Assembly: GCA_024137785.1 (NCBI GenBank) | Contig: JAHRHZ010000270.1 | Location: 4,404,168-4,468,167 of the forward strand | Direction: 5' to 3' | DNA: 64,000 nucleotides | Source of the DNA: Ginglymostoma cirratum | Lineage: Eukaryota | In this document: positions 49,788 through 62,465 of the stretch, in pieces | Layout: each line of letters opens with the position of its first letter | Numbering within the stretch: position 1 is the first letter of the stretch | Translations under genes and position numbers: made by a program | The notes under the pieces: model-generated | Databases searched by the model: none | The model's input: the letters and a program-made list of their open reading frames with translations, nothing else | What the model was told of the DNA's origin: nothing

Positions 49788-50384
49788 CAACTCTAAAGAT
49801 CATTAGGTGGAGCAGGAGCCAGATCCTGATTACTGCTTCCTTTTTCCTATTCCTTTATAGTTCCACACAACTGAAATTGTCACAGTTCAGGGATGTGTTA
49901 GCAACTAAAGGGCATACTTTAGCTTGACGAATTCACTGTTCCAATTGCTTCTTTCAATAGCTAAGATTTCTGACTTCATGAGCACAATCAACATTGAGAA
50001 ATAAGAAACAGAGAGTCAACATTGTACAAATATTCCGTGACATCCCAAAATGATAAAAATAATCCAAAATGTATCAATTGTTATGTCCTTTGCATATAGT
50101 AAAATGTTTGGCAGTTCACTACAGACAGACTTGCCAGAATAATGAGTAAATTTTACATTTCCAAGTATGAAGAATGTTATGTACTTCTTCACGTATCGCA
50201 CTAGTACTGCAACAAAGGGCTGCATCCGAAATTAGTCGCCTCGACCAAAACAGAATTTACAGGAGATCTGGCAGCATGTGTGAAGATGAAGCAGAATTAA
50301 TGTTTCGAGCCCAGTGATCCATCTCCAGAACCAAGATGCTGGGTATGTATTAGTGGCCCTCTAACAGTCTAAGATAAATAGGAG

Positions 50385-50715
50385 GGAAGGCAATATGGCC
50401 TAGTGGTATTATTGTTAGGACTATCAATCCAGAGACCACTACAACCTTCTCGATTCGAATCCTACCATTGCAGATGGTGGAATTTGAACTCAGTTTAAAG
50501 GGGGGAAAAGATCTGGAATTAAGAATCTAGTGATGACCATGAATCCATTGCCGACCGTCGGGAAAAACTGACCTGGTTCGCTAATGCCCTTTAGGGAAGG
50601 AAACTGCCATCCTTACCTGGTCTGGACTACATGTGGCTCCAGACTAAAGCTCTTAGCTGCCAACTGGGCAATAAATGCTGCCTAAAAGCGACGGCCCTCA
50701 TCCTGTGAATGAGGA
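50385..50715 (+). mobile_element. second tRNA-derived SINE family (tail shared with the LINE end at 52600-52700)
   Basis: tggcctagtggta A-box, ttcgaatcc B-box, gggcaataaatgctg tail; fragments also at 54235-54335 (-) and 63105-63225 (+). Confidence 0.7.
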
Positions 50716-50799
50716 AAAACAGAAATAGAAGAGCAGATATCTAAGCAAATTTCAGAGAAGTGTAGAGGTTAAAAGGGTTGTGATAGCAAGGGATTGCAA

Positions 50800-51400
50800 C
50801 TTCCCCAGCTGTGGTCATCAGCATTGATAATCACACAGAAGTGAGTATGATTGTCCACCTAGGAATTCTGTTCACTGGTCACAGTTTTTGTGGGTCCTGC
50901 GTGGCTGATCAGCTCAATCCTAGAGCCACATCTCCGACCACATGTTTGGCAGGTGTTTCTGGGATGTGGAATTTGTCCTTGGCCTTGAGATTGCTCACAG
51001 TCCTTTCTCCGGCTCCTTTTCTGTACTTCCTCCTGCTGAAGGGTGTTCTCAAAAAATTGTGTCCCTTCACACAGAAGCTTTCTCCAAGTTGGTTCCTCCT
51101 GAACAAAGCGTTGACATCTATGTTGCATTTCTTGAGGGAAGCCTTCTTTCTTTCCTTTGTCCTCCTCTCATTCGAGTGCCTTCCTTGAGATAGGCCATGA
51201 TGATTTGGTTCGACATCGGAATTCAGGCGTCCGAAGAATGTGGCCAGCCCAGCGTAAGTAGTTTTGGATGGTCGTGGCCCCAATGCTGGTGCTATTGTCT
51301 CCCTCAGGATGCTGATATTAGTTATGCCTGTCTTCCCAGCTGATACAGAGAATCCATCTCCAGCAGTGTTGATGGTTCTCGCATTCCTCCAGTTTCGCAT
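50800..51400 (-). mobile_element. decayed RTE-clade LINE C-terminal fragment
   Basis: KASLKKCNID and TCQTCGRRCGSRIELISH, typical of the RTE ORF C-terminus. Confidence 0.65.
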
Positions 51401-52409
51401 TCAATAATATTCTCCCTCTTCCACTTCACAACTTACATAAATAGAGAAGGAATTGGAGTCGGAGTATTGGCATCTAGAACTACTGTTAGCTCTGCCAAAT
51501 ATGCTCTGATATTTTTAACACAATAAAATGGCATTATTGGGCTTTGATCGCAGAATATTAATACCTATAACTGGACATGATTAACATCAGCAGAAACAGA
51601 CCATTGTTCAGTCCTCAATATGATCAAAGCAAAATCCAATCACTGTGGTTAACTGCAAACTCACATGTCTTTCAGCAGATAGATCAAGTGAATCAGTTTC
51701 TACACTCACGTGACACCATAGCTAATGAAACAACCTCGGATGCTCTCTGGGTTAGGGAATTCTAAACATTAATGCCCCACTGAGAGAAGAAACGATTACT
51801 CGTCTCCTTATTAAATGGCTGACTCTTTAGTTTGAAGCGATGCCTTCTTAAATCTGCTTTCCCACGTAAGGGGACATGTCCGCTCAGTATGTCTGCCCGT
51901 CCAATCATCTCAATCTTATATTTCAATGAAATCACCTCTCATTCTTCTAAACTCCGATGAATATAGCCCAACTTGCTCAATATTGCCTCTTAAGGCAGTC
52001 CCATCATTGAGTAAATGATGTAGTGAACTTTCATTGAACTGCCTCCAATGCAGCTGCATCCTTCCTTAAATTAGACCAAAAACGTGCATAGACCTCAGGA
52101 CCTGTGCAGTTATAACAATTCTCTGTTTTTCTTTTCTTGTTAGCCCAAAAAAAACACATTTTCTCACATTATACTACATCTGCCATACATGTCCAATCAC
52201 TTAAGCCATCTGTATCCCTTTTGTTTCCTTGTCATAACTTGCTTTCTGAGTTATTTTTACATTGCGTCATCAGCATAGTTGGCTGCTGTACAGTTGGTTC
52301 CTTCATCAAGGTTATGAATGTAGATTGTAAATAGTCAGGGCCCCAGAATCGATCCCTGTGCCACTCAACTAATTATAGTTTGCCAAACTGAATCAATCTG
52401 AAGCTCCAT

Positions 52410-52705
52410 AGAGAGCAACTTCCATCTCGAAGAACAAGGCCAGCAGGTATGTGGGAACACCACTAACTGCCAGACCCCCTCAAAGTCATTCACCATCCCT
52501 ACTTGGAAATATATCACCAGTCCTTCAGTGTCGCTGGGTCAGAATCCTGGAATTCCCTCCCTAAGGGCATTGCAGGTGTTCGTACACAAATGGACTGTAG
52601 CGATTCAAGTAGGCAGCTCAACACCACCTTCTCAAGGGTAATTAGGCATGGACAATAAATAATGGGCTGGCTAGTGACAGTTGCATCCCTTGAATGAATG
52701 AAAAA
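52410..52705 (+). mobile_element. LINE 3' end, same family as 40530-41350
   Basis: direct similarity to 41130-41350. Confidence 0.7.
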
Positions 52706-53125
52706 AGGAAAAGTTATCTCAATCCTCTGTTCCTATTAGTTGGACAGTCTTCTATTAATGCTAATACCATATCACTAACACCATGAGCTGAACTGTCCCT
52801 TTCTTTTGGCTAAATGTTCCTTTTAGAGAGCTTCAGGGTAGTTGTTCTGCCATGTCTCTTTCATCATTCAGTACAATCACAGCTAATCCTTTGTCTCAAT
52901 TCTCCTCTTCTCCCCATAACTCTTGATGCCTTTAAAATTTTAAATATACCTGTCTCCTTCTTGAATATATTCAGTGACTCAGCCTCCATAGCCTCCTTTG
53001 ATAGGGAATTTCACAGGTTCACTACCCTTTCAGTGAAGAAATATTCTCTTCATCTTGGTCCTAAGTGGTCTATCCTGGTCCCAGGCTCCCCACCCTGGGA
53101 AAACGTCCCAGCATCTAGACTGAAA

Positions 53126-53346
53126 TAGCAGGAACTGCCAATGCTGGAGCCTGAGATAAGAAGTTGTGGAGCTGGATGAACACAGCAGGCCAGGCAGCGT
53201 CAGAGGAGCAGGAAAGCTGATGCTTCGGGTCTGGACCCTTCTTCAGAAAAGGGTCTGAAGAAGATTCCAGACCCGAAGCGTCGGCTTTCCTGCTCATCTG
53301 ATGCTGCTTGGCCTGCTGTGTTTGTCCAGCTCCACACCTTGTTATC
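53126..53346. mobile_element. palindromic head-to-head Penelope-terminal-derived short element
   Basis: about 90-nt inverted arms around cttcttcaga-aaaggg-tctgaagaag. Confidence 0.75.
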
Positions 53347-55169
53347 CCGGCATCTAGTCTGTCTACTCCAGGCCTATTAGAACTTTATATGTTTCAAACA
53401 GATCACTTCTCATCCTCCTAAACTATAGTGTATACAGGCCCACTCAAACCCATCTCTTCTCATGGGACAGTCATAGCTGCACATATGCAAAGTATGTCCT
53501 TTCTTGGGTAGAGAGACTAAAACTACACACAATATGTCAGGTTCGGTCTCACCAAGGCCCTGTATAACTTGCAGTAAGACATTCTTACTTCTGAACTCAA
53601 ATTCTCTTTGAATGAAGGCTAGTATACAATTTGCCTTCTAAATGCTTGCTGCACCTGCCTGTCTACTTTTGGCAACTGGTCTATAAGGACACCTAGACCC
53701 CTTTGTACATATGCATTTCCAAATATATCACCATTTAAATCATACTCTGCCATTCTGTTTTTCACACAAATGTGTATAACTTCATATTTAACTGTGTTAT
53801 ACTACATCTGACATGTGTTTGTCCACTCACAATCTGTCTAAATCACCTTGGAACCTGTTGGCATTGTCCTCACAAATCACAATCTTGCCCAGTTTTGCAT
53901 CATCATTAGTAAACTTGGAAATGTTGCATTTGGTTCCCTCTTCTGAACCACTTACATATATCATGAATAATTGGGGCCCAATCATTGACCCCACTAGTCA
54001 ATGCCTGCCACTTGGAAAAAGGCCGATTTATTCCCACTCCCCATTTCCTGGCTGTCAACCAGTTCTCAATCCATACTAAATATGTTATAACCCCGTCACA
54101 TGGGCTTAATTTTTACCGACCTAAAATCTAAATACGTTATATCCACTGGTCCTCCTTTATCTATTCCATTGTCAAAAACGTATTGGATTTGTTAAGCACG
54201 GTTTACCGTTTCTAATTTACTGATGAGATATAGGCATCTCTGGCCAGGCCAGCATTTATTGCCCATCCCTATTCGCCCAGAGAGTCACATGTAGGCCAGA
54301 CCAGGTAAGGATGAAAGATTTCCTTCCCTAAAGGACATCAAGTGACCCACTTAATAATCCCATGCTGGTTTTGTCCAGTTTCATTAATATTTTGAAGTCT
54401 TTGGTTATTATATCTTTTATAATAGAGTCTAACATTTTACCGATTACTGACATTAGACTAACTACTGTTTAAGCTTCTGTTTCTCTCTCCCTCCCTTTTT
54501 AAATATTAGGATTACATTGGACACCATCCAAGTCGTAGGAACTGCTCTAGAATCGACAGCATTTTGGAAGATGACCCACCAACGTATCCAATACTTCCAG
54601 GGCCACTTCCTGTACTACTTTGGGAAGTAGATTATCAGGTGCTGGAGGTTAGGTATGCAGTTGATCTCTATGGTATCCATTTCATGTAATTGTGCAGCAG
54701 GAATAGCGGAAGTGCTCAGTGTTGCCAGGGAATTTCAACATTCAAGCTGTTGGTGCCTTACTTAAGTCCCAGCTCCTCAGTTCTTCAGATGCTATAACCC
54801 ATGATGTGGCTGATTTTCATCCATGTGTGTCATTGTACATTATCCAAGGCTCCTAAGAATTGACCACTCATGGATTTAATCTCAGATGACCAGGTAACCT
54901 GTAGGTAACATATGAACTATAACAGTGTATCAGTAAAGGTACTCCTGATTCCTCATCCTCACCATACTGAAATGATATGTTCTGCCTTCGGACAATGTAG
55001 CACAGAGACTTCACCTTCACCAGGCAACCTACATTGTGTCACAATAGGGAGCTCTGAGCTGTGTCAGTGGATGCATGGTTAACGCAATGACCCCCAACAG
55101 GCAACCCCACCCCGGCATGCAAAGAAGTATAATCTGTTGTATTTTTCTGGTTTTCTCTTCTTCGACAAA

Positions 55170-55350
55170 GACCTGCAGATGCTGGAAAACCGAAAGAGAA
55201 ACAGGAATTGCTGAAGAAACTCAACAGGTCCAGCAGAATCTGTAGAGAGAGAAACAGAGTTAATGTTTTGAGTCCAGTTCAGAAGAAGGGTCACCGGACC
55301 CAAAACGTTAACTGAGATTTCTCTCTCCGCAGATGCTGCCAGACCCGCCA
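55170..55350. mobile_element. inverted Penelope-terminal-type short element (second subfamily)
   Basis: cagcagaatctgtagagagag / ctctctccgcagatgctg arms; related copies at 48855-48905, 50260-50332 and 63503-63603. Confidence 0.6.
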
Positions 55351-55812
55351 AGTTTCAGGAGAGAAACAATATCTTACTGAGCCCAAGCTGTATACAGGGG
55401 CAGCTGTTTTGTCTTGTGTGTGAAGATGGCAAGGTTTCAACTTTGTATCCTTGTGAATGATGGCAGGCGTCACCAGAGACTCAGGATGACGCCCCCTCCC
55501 ATCCTTCATGTTTTCTTTTGTGTTGCTGTCCCTGCATTTCCAATCACCTTTAATCAAAATATAAAGGGGCTGAAACCAAGCGGAGGCTTGCGGACCGCTT
55601 TGCAGAACACCTGCGCTCAGTTCGCAACAAACAACTGCACCTCCCAGTCGCGAACCATTTCAACTCCCCCTCCCATTCCTCAGATGACATGTCCATCCTT
55701 GGCCTCCTACAATGCCACAGTGATGCCACCCGAAGGCTGCAGGAACAGCAAATAATATTCAGCCCGGGAACCCTGCAGCCCAATGGCATCAATGTGGATT
55801 TCACAAGCTTCA

Positions 55813-55912
55813 NNNNNNNNNNNNNNNNNNNNNNNNNNNNNNNNNNNNNNNNNNNNNNNNNNNNNNNNNNNNNNNNNNNNNNNNNNNNNNNNNNNNNNNN
55901 NNNNNNNNNNNN
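55813..55912. other. assembly gap (100 N)
   Basis: run of N. Confidence 1.
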
Positions 55913-56050
55913 ACCTACACTCACCTTTACTGGCTCCATCCCCGCCTCTTCGACTTGTCTGCCTCCTCTCCACCTATTCTCTCCTCTATCCATCCTCTAT
56001 CCGCCTCCCCCTCTCTCCCTATTTATTTCAGAACCCCCTTCCCCTCCCCC

Positions 56051-56086
56051 ATTTCTGATGAAGGGTTTAGGCCCGAAACATCAAGT
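56051..56086 (+). ncRNA. minimal hammerhead-ribozyme-like motif in the Penelope terminal repeat
   Basis: attt-CTGATGA-a-GGGT ttag GCCC-GAAAC-ATC-aagt; stems I and II can pair. Confidence 0.55.
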
Positions 56087-56464
56087 TTTCCTGCTCCTAT
56101 GATGCTGCTTGACCTGCTGTGTTCATCCAGCCCCATGCTTGTTATCAAGGGGCTGAATGGAAGGAGGCGGAGGCCGAATGTTCCCTTTTAACCTCCTGAG
56201 CGCGTGGCTTTGTGAGTTGCCATGACCTTATTGGCCGTACAGTCTCCTCATGTTGAGGCCAAAGTGATTGTGATTTCCTGCAGCTTCCCAACCCTGCCTG
56301 TCCTCTCTGAGATTGCAGCCTTCTATTTTGAATTCCTCTTCTTCACAGTCATCACCCCTTCAGCCACCCAGTACAACGCACCCCAAACCCAGAATGAGCT
56401 TCCCACTCTCCCTAGGACTGCATGAACTGCCCCCGATAAACTCTCCGATTATCAATACCCAAAC

Positions 56465-56665
56465 AGGACGAACTTCTTCACCCAAAGGGTTGTGAATCTG
56501 TGGAACTCCCTGCCCAGTGAAGTAGCTGAGGCATCTTCTTTGAATGTTTTTCAGGCAAAGATGGTGAGCCGGTAGGTAAGGGTCCATGGAAAGATCAGCT
56601 ATAATCTTGTTCAATGGCAGAGAAGCTCAATGACCTACTCCTGCTCCTGTTTCTTGTGTTCTTCT
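56465..56665 (+). mobile_element. CR1-like LINE 3' end fragment
   Basis: ttcttcacccaaagggttgtgaatctgtggaactccctgcc; similar tails at 57410-57545 and 41360-41510. Confidence 0.65.
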
Positions 56666-59600
56666 GTTCTGATGTCAAACCTGCAGCAATGATCATAACC
56701 AAATACCCAGACTGCAAGAACAATGATCCCCAGACTCCAGGAAGACCAAGTGTGTGAGTGACTGTGGCCAACACTCTGGATGAAGATCAGATGATCCATG
56801 GACTGAATGTGACAGTATTCATTGACTGACCATAGACCCCTTTACTCCACCCAGCATTGATCCCCTTTGACTTTCAGACATGGCCATTTGCTTGAAGCCC
56901 ACGCAGTGTGTTTTCTGCAGAAGCTGCTGGCACATTGAAGTAAACCAGTGCAGTACAGCACCTTACCCACCCTACTGATTGTTCAGTGCTCTGGATGGTG
57001 ACAAACCTGTCCCTCAATGTTCTCTCTAAGCTGCGTGCATGCGCACGGCCAATGTGGCATTCCCTCCAGGGCGATTGGTGCACTGACACAGAAGGAAGCA
57101 TTAACTTCTGGTTCTGGGAGTCACAGATTTAGAGGTCTACACAGAAGAAAAAAAAAATTCGAGGGGACTCTCCATGTTCTCATTCTGGGCTAACCAGCCA
57201 TGCAAGCAGCAGAGAGGGAGAGAGAGAAAAAGAGAAAGATAGGCAGTAATTTCAGATTGAGAAAGTCATGCTCTAAAAGGCAACACAAACCAGAGAGGCT
57301 GGCAGCCTCAGAGTGTATGCTAAGTGAGCGGCAGCTAAGAAAATAAGCTAAGAGCCATAAGATGACTCCTACATTGATGCATGAAATGTGTGATAGATAG
57401 GTTCTTCATCAGTTGGGGAATCAAGGCTTGCAGGGAAAATGCAGAAAAGTGGACGTGAAGTGTATCGGATCAGCCATGATCTTATCGAACGGTGGAACAA
57501 GCTGAAGGGGCTCAACGGCCCTCCTGCTGTTTCTATTTCTTGTGGTGTGTGTGTGCCCCTGCAGTTGGAACAGTCTGACAGAAGCATGCAAATCACAAGT
57601 GTTTCTGAGCTCCAAAGCAAAGTCCTGGAGGGCCGAAGTGGTTTGAAAGCAGCCCTGGTAGTGTAGCGAGGCTGGTGATTTGGTAATGCCCAGTTGAGTG
57701 GCCAACGGGTGGAAGAGGACAAGGTCTGTAGAGCATGCAGGGGAGTGGGGGTAAAGCTGAATTTGGATGGAGGGTCTGAGAAGCAAGAGGCTCGCTGCTG
57801 CCGCTCAGGTAACTGCTCATGTTGTCATGTTGGGAATTGGACGGTGCCTTGTTTCTCAGGGAAGAAGGGTGGATTGGGATCTGCAAAGCAGTGAGGTAAT
57901 ATTGGTTAATAATGAGACACAAATGCTTGGAATTAACAGAGTCGCCCCTAATTAGTGAGATTCAGAATTCACCATTTAAACCTTAAGAAAAAATTTGGAA
58001 AAAAATTCTTGATTTCAGGAATTTGATTTTTCTCATTGTTGCGTATTTTCCCCATTGTCATATATTTTCCCAGTTTCCTCAGCATTCCCCATGTCGGTCA
58101 GGGCAGTGGATACTTCCACCCCATGAGCTCTTGTCTGTCTGACTTCTAAATTTAAAATCCTTCTGATTGAATGCATGTGAAACCATTAGTATGCTCTAAT
58201 CAGGAAATATGCTTTGGTTGTGTTACCTAACTTAATTGTGATTTGTAGCAGGTTATTTTAGGACCATCAATATTTCTAGGCCAGCTGTTACTTCTCTCTA
58301 CACGCATGAGTTGGTACTGAAAGGAAAGCCACCAGTAAAATGAAAAGAAAACTGCAAAGGTTGAAATTCTGGAAGAGAAACAGAAAATATCAGAAATATA
58401 CAACAGGACAGTCAATATCAATTGTAATGAAAGATTGAGTCGAAGACCTAAAACATCAATTGCTCTTTCACTTTACAGAAGCTGCCTGATGCTTGGATTT
58501 TCACAACTTATTATCTTTTTTCAGTTCAGCAGAATAAATTGTGATTTTCTAAAAATTACAAAATAGGCATGTGATAATGAATAATTGAGCTTCATGTAAA
58601 ATAAATTAAACCTGCAATAAGATACGTAGACAAACATGTAACTCATAACAGAGACAGGAGGGTTCACTAATTTGGTGTTTAATAATGTAGATTGTGATAT
58701 CTTCATCTTGCCCAGGGTCATATTCTCACTTCTTCATATAATGCAGTGCTGTAAATTATGTGTAAAATGATTAATAATGCTTCAAAAACTATGCCTGGGT
58801 CTGTTAAAGCAGAAGCAGAAGAAATTAACTGCTAGAATAACAAGATTATAGATAGTTTCAGATTAAAATGATAGGCTTGGTTTGTGCTTTGTATGTGCAG
58901 CTGACAGGAGAGCAGAAAGCGAACGCTTTCATTGAACTCTGTTTTGCATCAGGCTCAAACAGTTAAAATTTCTATTTGTCCAGTGTGAAAAGGAACAACA
59001 CGCTTTGAATAAGTGAAAATACAATTACTTTCTACCACAAATCTTTAGCCATATATTCAAGAAGCTATCTAAACAATTCATGAAAAAGATCAATCTGATC
59101 TTAAGGCTTTGGATGTGTATGCCTATTTTGGCTGAAGGCCAGTTTCAGCTTAGTAATTTTTAAACGAAAATGAACTACACAAGAACAACAATCTTCCTTA
59201 TCCACCCTATGTTATTAACTGTGTAGTGTGGAGTGGAACATGCAGAAGGACAAAAAGGCCATGTTTCTATATATAGCGTAAGCTTTCCTTTTTATATTTC
59301 TTTCACTCAGTGCCCTGCTTATAAATAACCTGCGTCATTTTCACACTCATAATGGATGGCTAAAAGTCATGTAGTTCAGTTATCATCTGAACTCCCAGCC
59401 TAAATTAAGGCCCTTTAAACTCATTAAAGTAACTGTTGTTTGTATGTTAAACCTAATGGATCTCCTGTGTTATTGCAATGAGTCAGTGGCTGCAGCATGT
59501 CAGCAGAGGGCAGAGAGCTTGAAGCAGAAAAACGTTACCGAAAAGTTTGTTCCCTTCATTAAACTGAAAATGATGAGCTGATAAATTTTTGTAGGTGTCG

Positions 59601-61759
59601 GAATGGTAGGGTCATGCGTTTCAAGCTCAAAAAATGCTAACAGCATCAATTTGTCTCACATACCTTGCAGGTCACAGCAAATGCATGTTGCAATTTTCTG
59701 TGGGGCTTGCAAAAAGTAGAAGGGTTTCTTTTCTAGAGTACCTCAAGTGATAGAAATCTAGTATCACTCCTGAAAGTCCTGGAATCGAAGCCTTACATCA
59801 ACAAGTTCCTGTTGAAGACTGACAGCACTTGTCATCTCTGGCTGCTTTCTCTATTGAGAAGCTAAAGGCATGGCTTAGTGTCTAAGTGCAAACTGCTGTT
59901 GGATATTGGAGTCCCTTTAAAAACTGTGTTTTGGTAACATTTACTATAGATTGAGATTTAACAGCTATTACCGCAGGAGTCAACTTTACAAAATTCTAGC
60001 ATGGGCAAACAAAGGGAAAGAAACACAGAGGTCATGATGCACATTGAACCAATGTCAACAGTTCAACAGGTTCTAAATGTACCTTCTGGTCTGTGTATTG
60101 TTATTGTAAATACAAAGGTTTTACTTTTAGAAGGAATGAAAACTAACTTTCAAATGGAGGTAGGCAAGGGGAAAGTGGCCACCTGACATTGTAATTGGCT
60201 GTCCCATGGCCATTGACCAAAAGGGTCCAGACGATAGATTGACACAGAGAAAATAATCTGCCTCTCGGAAAATGATCCCAAAACAAGTGCTCGGGGACAG
60301 AGGGGAGCTCTTTTTGGAAATTCTCAGCAAGCAGATCTTAAAGGCAGCGGTTCTTATCGGGCGCTCCCTATGGAGCAGTCTTTATCAAGCAGTCCTCACC
60401 AGGCAGATGGAAGATGGGCTGGAAGAAGAGGAGGAAAACAAAGGGAAGTGTCTCAGTTAGAGAGCAGGATTCTACCTCCATCACTTTAGCAAGAATAAAA
60501 CATTCCGTGCCGATTGCATGTTTATCCTCTGGTATCCCCACTTGTCACAGTTTTATACTATCTTTATCTAACCAATGTATCATATCTAAACTGCTGGTTC
60601 TTAACAAACTCAATACATTATTGGAAAATGACTAAGAAATTGCCTATAGTAGGTAACTTTAATTGTGATCCCCGAAAGTCAACGATTAGGATCAGGAGTT
60701 GCAATGTTCACACAGCCAGGGTTTAGTAAGCTTTAAGTTTGACAGACTGGGAGAAATGGCAATCCTTGTTTGAAGTTTACCATGTCACTGGGATATTCTA
60801 AAACGTGACTGATAGATGGTTTAATGGAATCGTTAGGATCATCGGCAGCAGGAGCTGTGCTGAAAATTAAAGAAATGTCTAATGGTAAATTATGTCCTCG
60901 ATAGGCTTTGTCAAGAGGTTATGAGAGGAATAATTGAGCTAGAAACAGTCCAGAATAATTTAGCCTCTGGTGCCCATTTACATTTGGATAAGGAAAATTA
61001 AAAGCTGCGGGAATTGGTAAAACAACTGGAGGATACAAATGATTGTGACTGCCAAAGTAATGTCCCTGGTGACATGAGTAATACAGGGAAAAGGCTACAG
61101 GTAGACCCGGTGCTGTGACTATACAAACAACATATTGACATTGAAACAATACTTGCAACTGACTTCTCCTCTGGTTTAGCGAAAATTAAAACATGCCGAG
61201 CTGAAATTTGTGATTAGCTGTGACTGCTATCCCATGAAACAAGGCAGAGAGCACTTCGCCCACTGTTATCAGTAGATTTTGACAATTTTCGGTAAAACAG
61301 AGTATTCGAATGTGCGACATGACATCACCTGCCCCTTCTCAGAACAGCAAAGAGTTAACTCTTTCTGCTAACAGTGTTTTATCTCACCTTCTGTGAGACG
61401 AGATGTGTGATTTTGAAAAGGACTAAATTTTGAATTTCTAAATTTACAAATATTTTCTGGCCATTATTAACTCATTGGGCTTCTTCCGAACCAACACCTG
61501 GTTTATAAACAGGCTTCAAGAGCACAGTGAGGGAACCAGAAATCTTGCTGAGATTAAGCGTTTAAGAACAGGAGCTTCAATACAAAATCACTGTTTAAAA
61601 TCACCAAGCCTAGATATAAATACTTCTGAAGTTGACATTGATAAAATTACTTGATATAAATTGCTCATTCAGGCATGCAGTGGGAAATTTAATTGATGTT
61701 TAATGGGACAAGTACATTTAACTTTTAAATTTTAATTTAAAACAGCAGCCAGAGTCAAT

Positions 61760-62465
61760 AGATGTGAAGCCGGAAAAGTACAGCAGGTCAGAAAGCTTCC
61801 GAAGAGCAGGAAAGTCAACGTTTCAGGTTGAAACTCTTTGTCAGGATGGTATCTGACCTGAGATAACCACAGTGTGGAGCTGGAGGAACGCAGAAGGCCG
61901 GGCAGCATTGGAGGGGGCAGGAAAGCTGATGTTTCGGGTGGGGACCCTACTTACCATCACGGTATCTGACCTGCTCTGTTTTTCCAGCTTCACATTAATT
62001 GACTTTGACATCCAGCATCTGCAGTCCTTACTGTCTACAAGCCAATGGAAACAGCCTAGGCGATATTAATTTATATCGAACTAAAATGGGAAAGTTTGTT
62101 TGAGAAGAAATTAATTGACTGCTAATGAACACTGTCAGCCCAACAGAACTGCCAAACGCGTACACAAAATGAAGTGTCACGTCTAACGTCACCATGTTTG
62201 AATGTGGATAGTTTTAAAAGAAAGAAATGTAAAGCATAATTTGACAACTCATTTTTGAGGAAATTGTACAGACTTCAGGTAAGAAAGAAGGAACAAGCAG
62301 AATTTGGTAATGCTCAAAACCACACAGTTATGTTTGTTTGGAGATAGTAAGAACTGCTGATGCTGGAGTCAGAGATAACACAGTGTGGAGCTAGTGGAAC
62401 ACAGCAGGCCAGGCAGCATCAGAGGAGCAGGAAAGCTGACGTTTTGGTTCAGGGCACTTCTTGAG
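61760..62465. mobile_element. cluster of Penelope-terminal-type repeat copies
   Basis: gagataacacagtgtggagct...gaggagcaggaaagctgacgttt at 61780, 61860 and 62350. Confidence 0.65.

Larger units (their letters stand above)
51640..54200 (-). mobile_element. old CR1-like LINE fragments interrupted by younger inserts
   Basis: gaatttcacaggttcactacc, ggccccagaatcgatccctgtg and aattggggcccaatcattgacc relics. Confidence 0.55.
55566..56146 (+). mobile_element. Penelope-like element 3' part, interrupted by an assembly gap
   Basis: AETKRRLADRFAEHL...MSILGLLQCHSDATRRLQEQQIIF...PNGINVDF; terminal motif 56050-56146. Confidence 0.85.

Noticed and set aside
50389-50470. tRNA gene
   Set aside because: A and B boxes only, no cloverleaf; continues into a SINE body and tail
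57439-57955. Cluster of ORFs with splice-like signals
   Set aside because: Begins in a CR1 tail; no recognisable domain or consistent exon chain
60272-60460. Acidic ORF on plus and a strong polypyrimidine-AG on minus near 60420
   Set aside because: No homology recognised; all three minus-strand frames stop shortly after the AG
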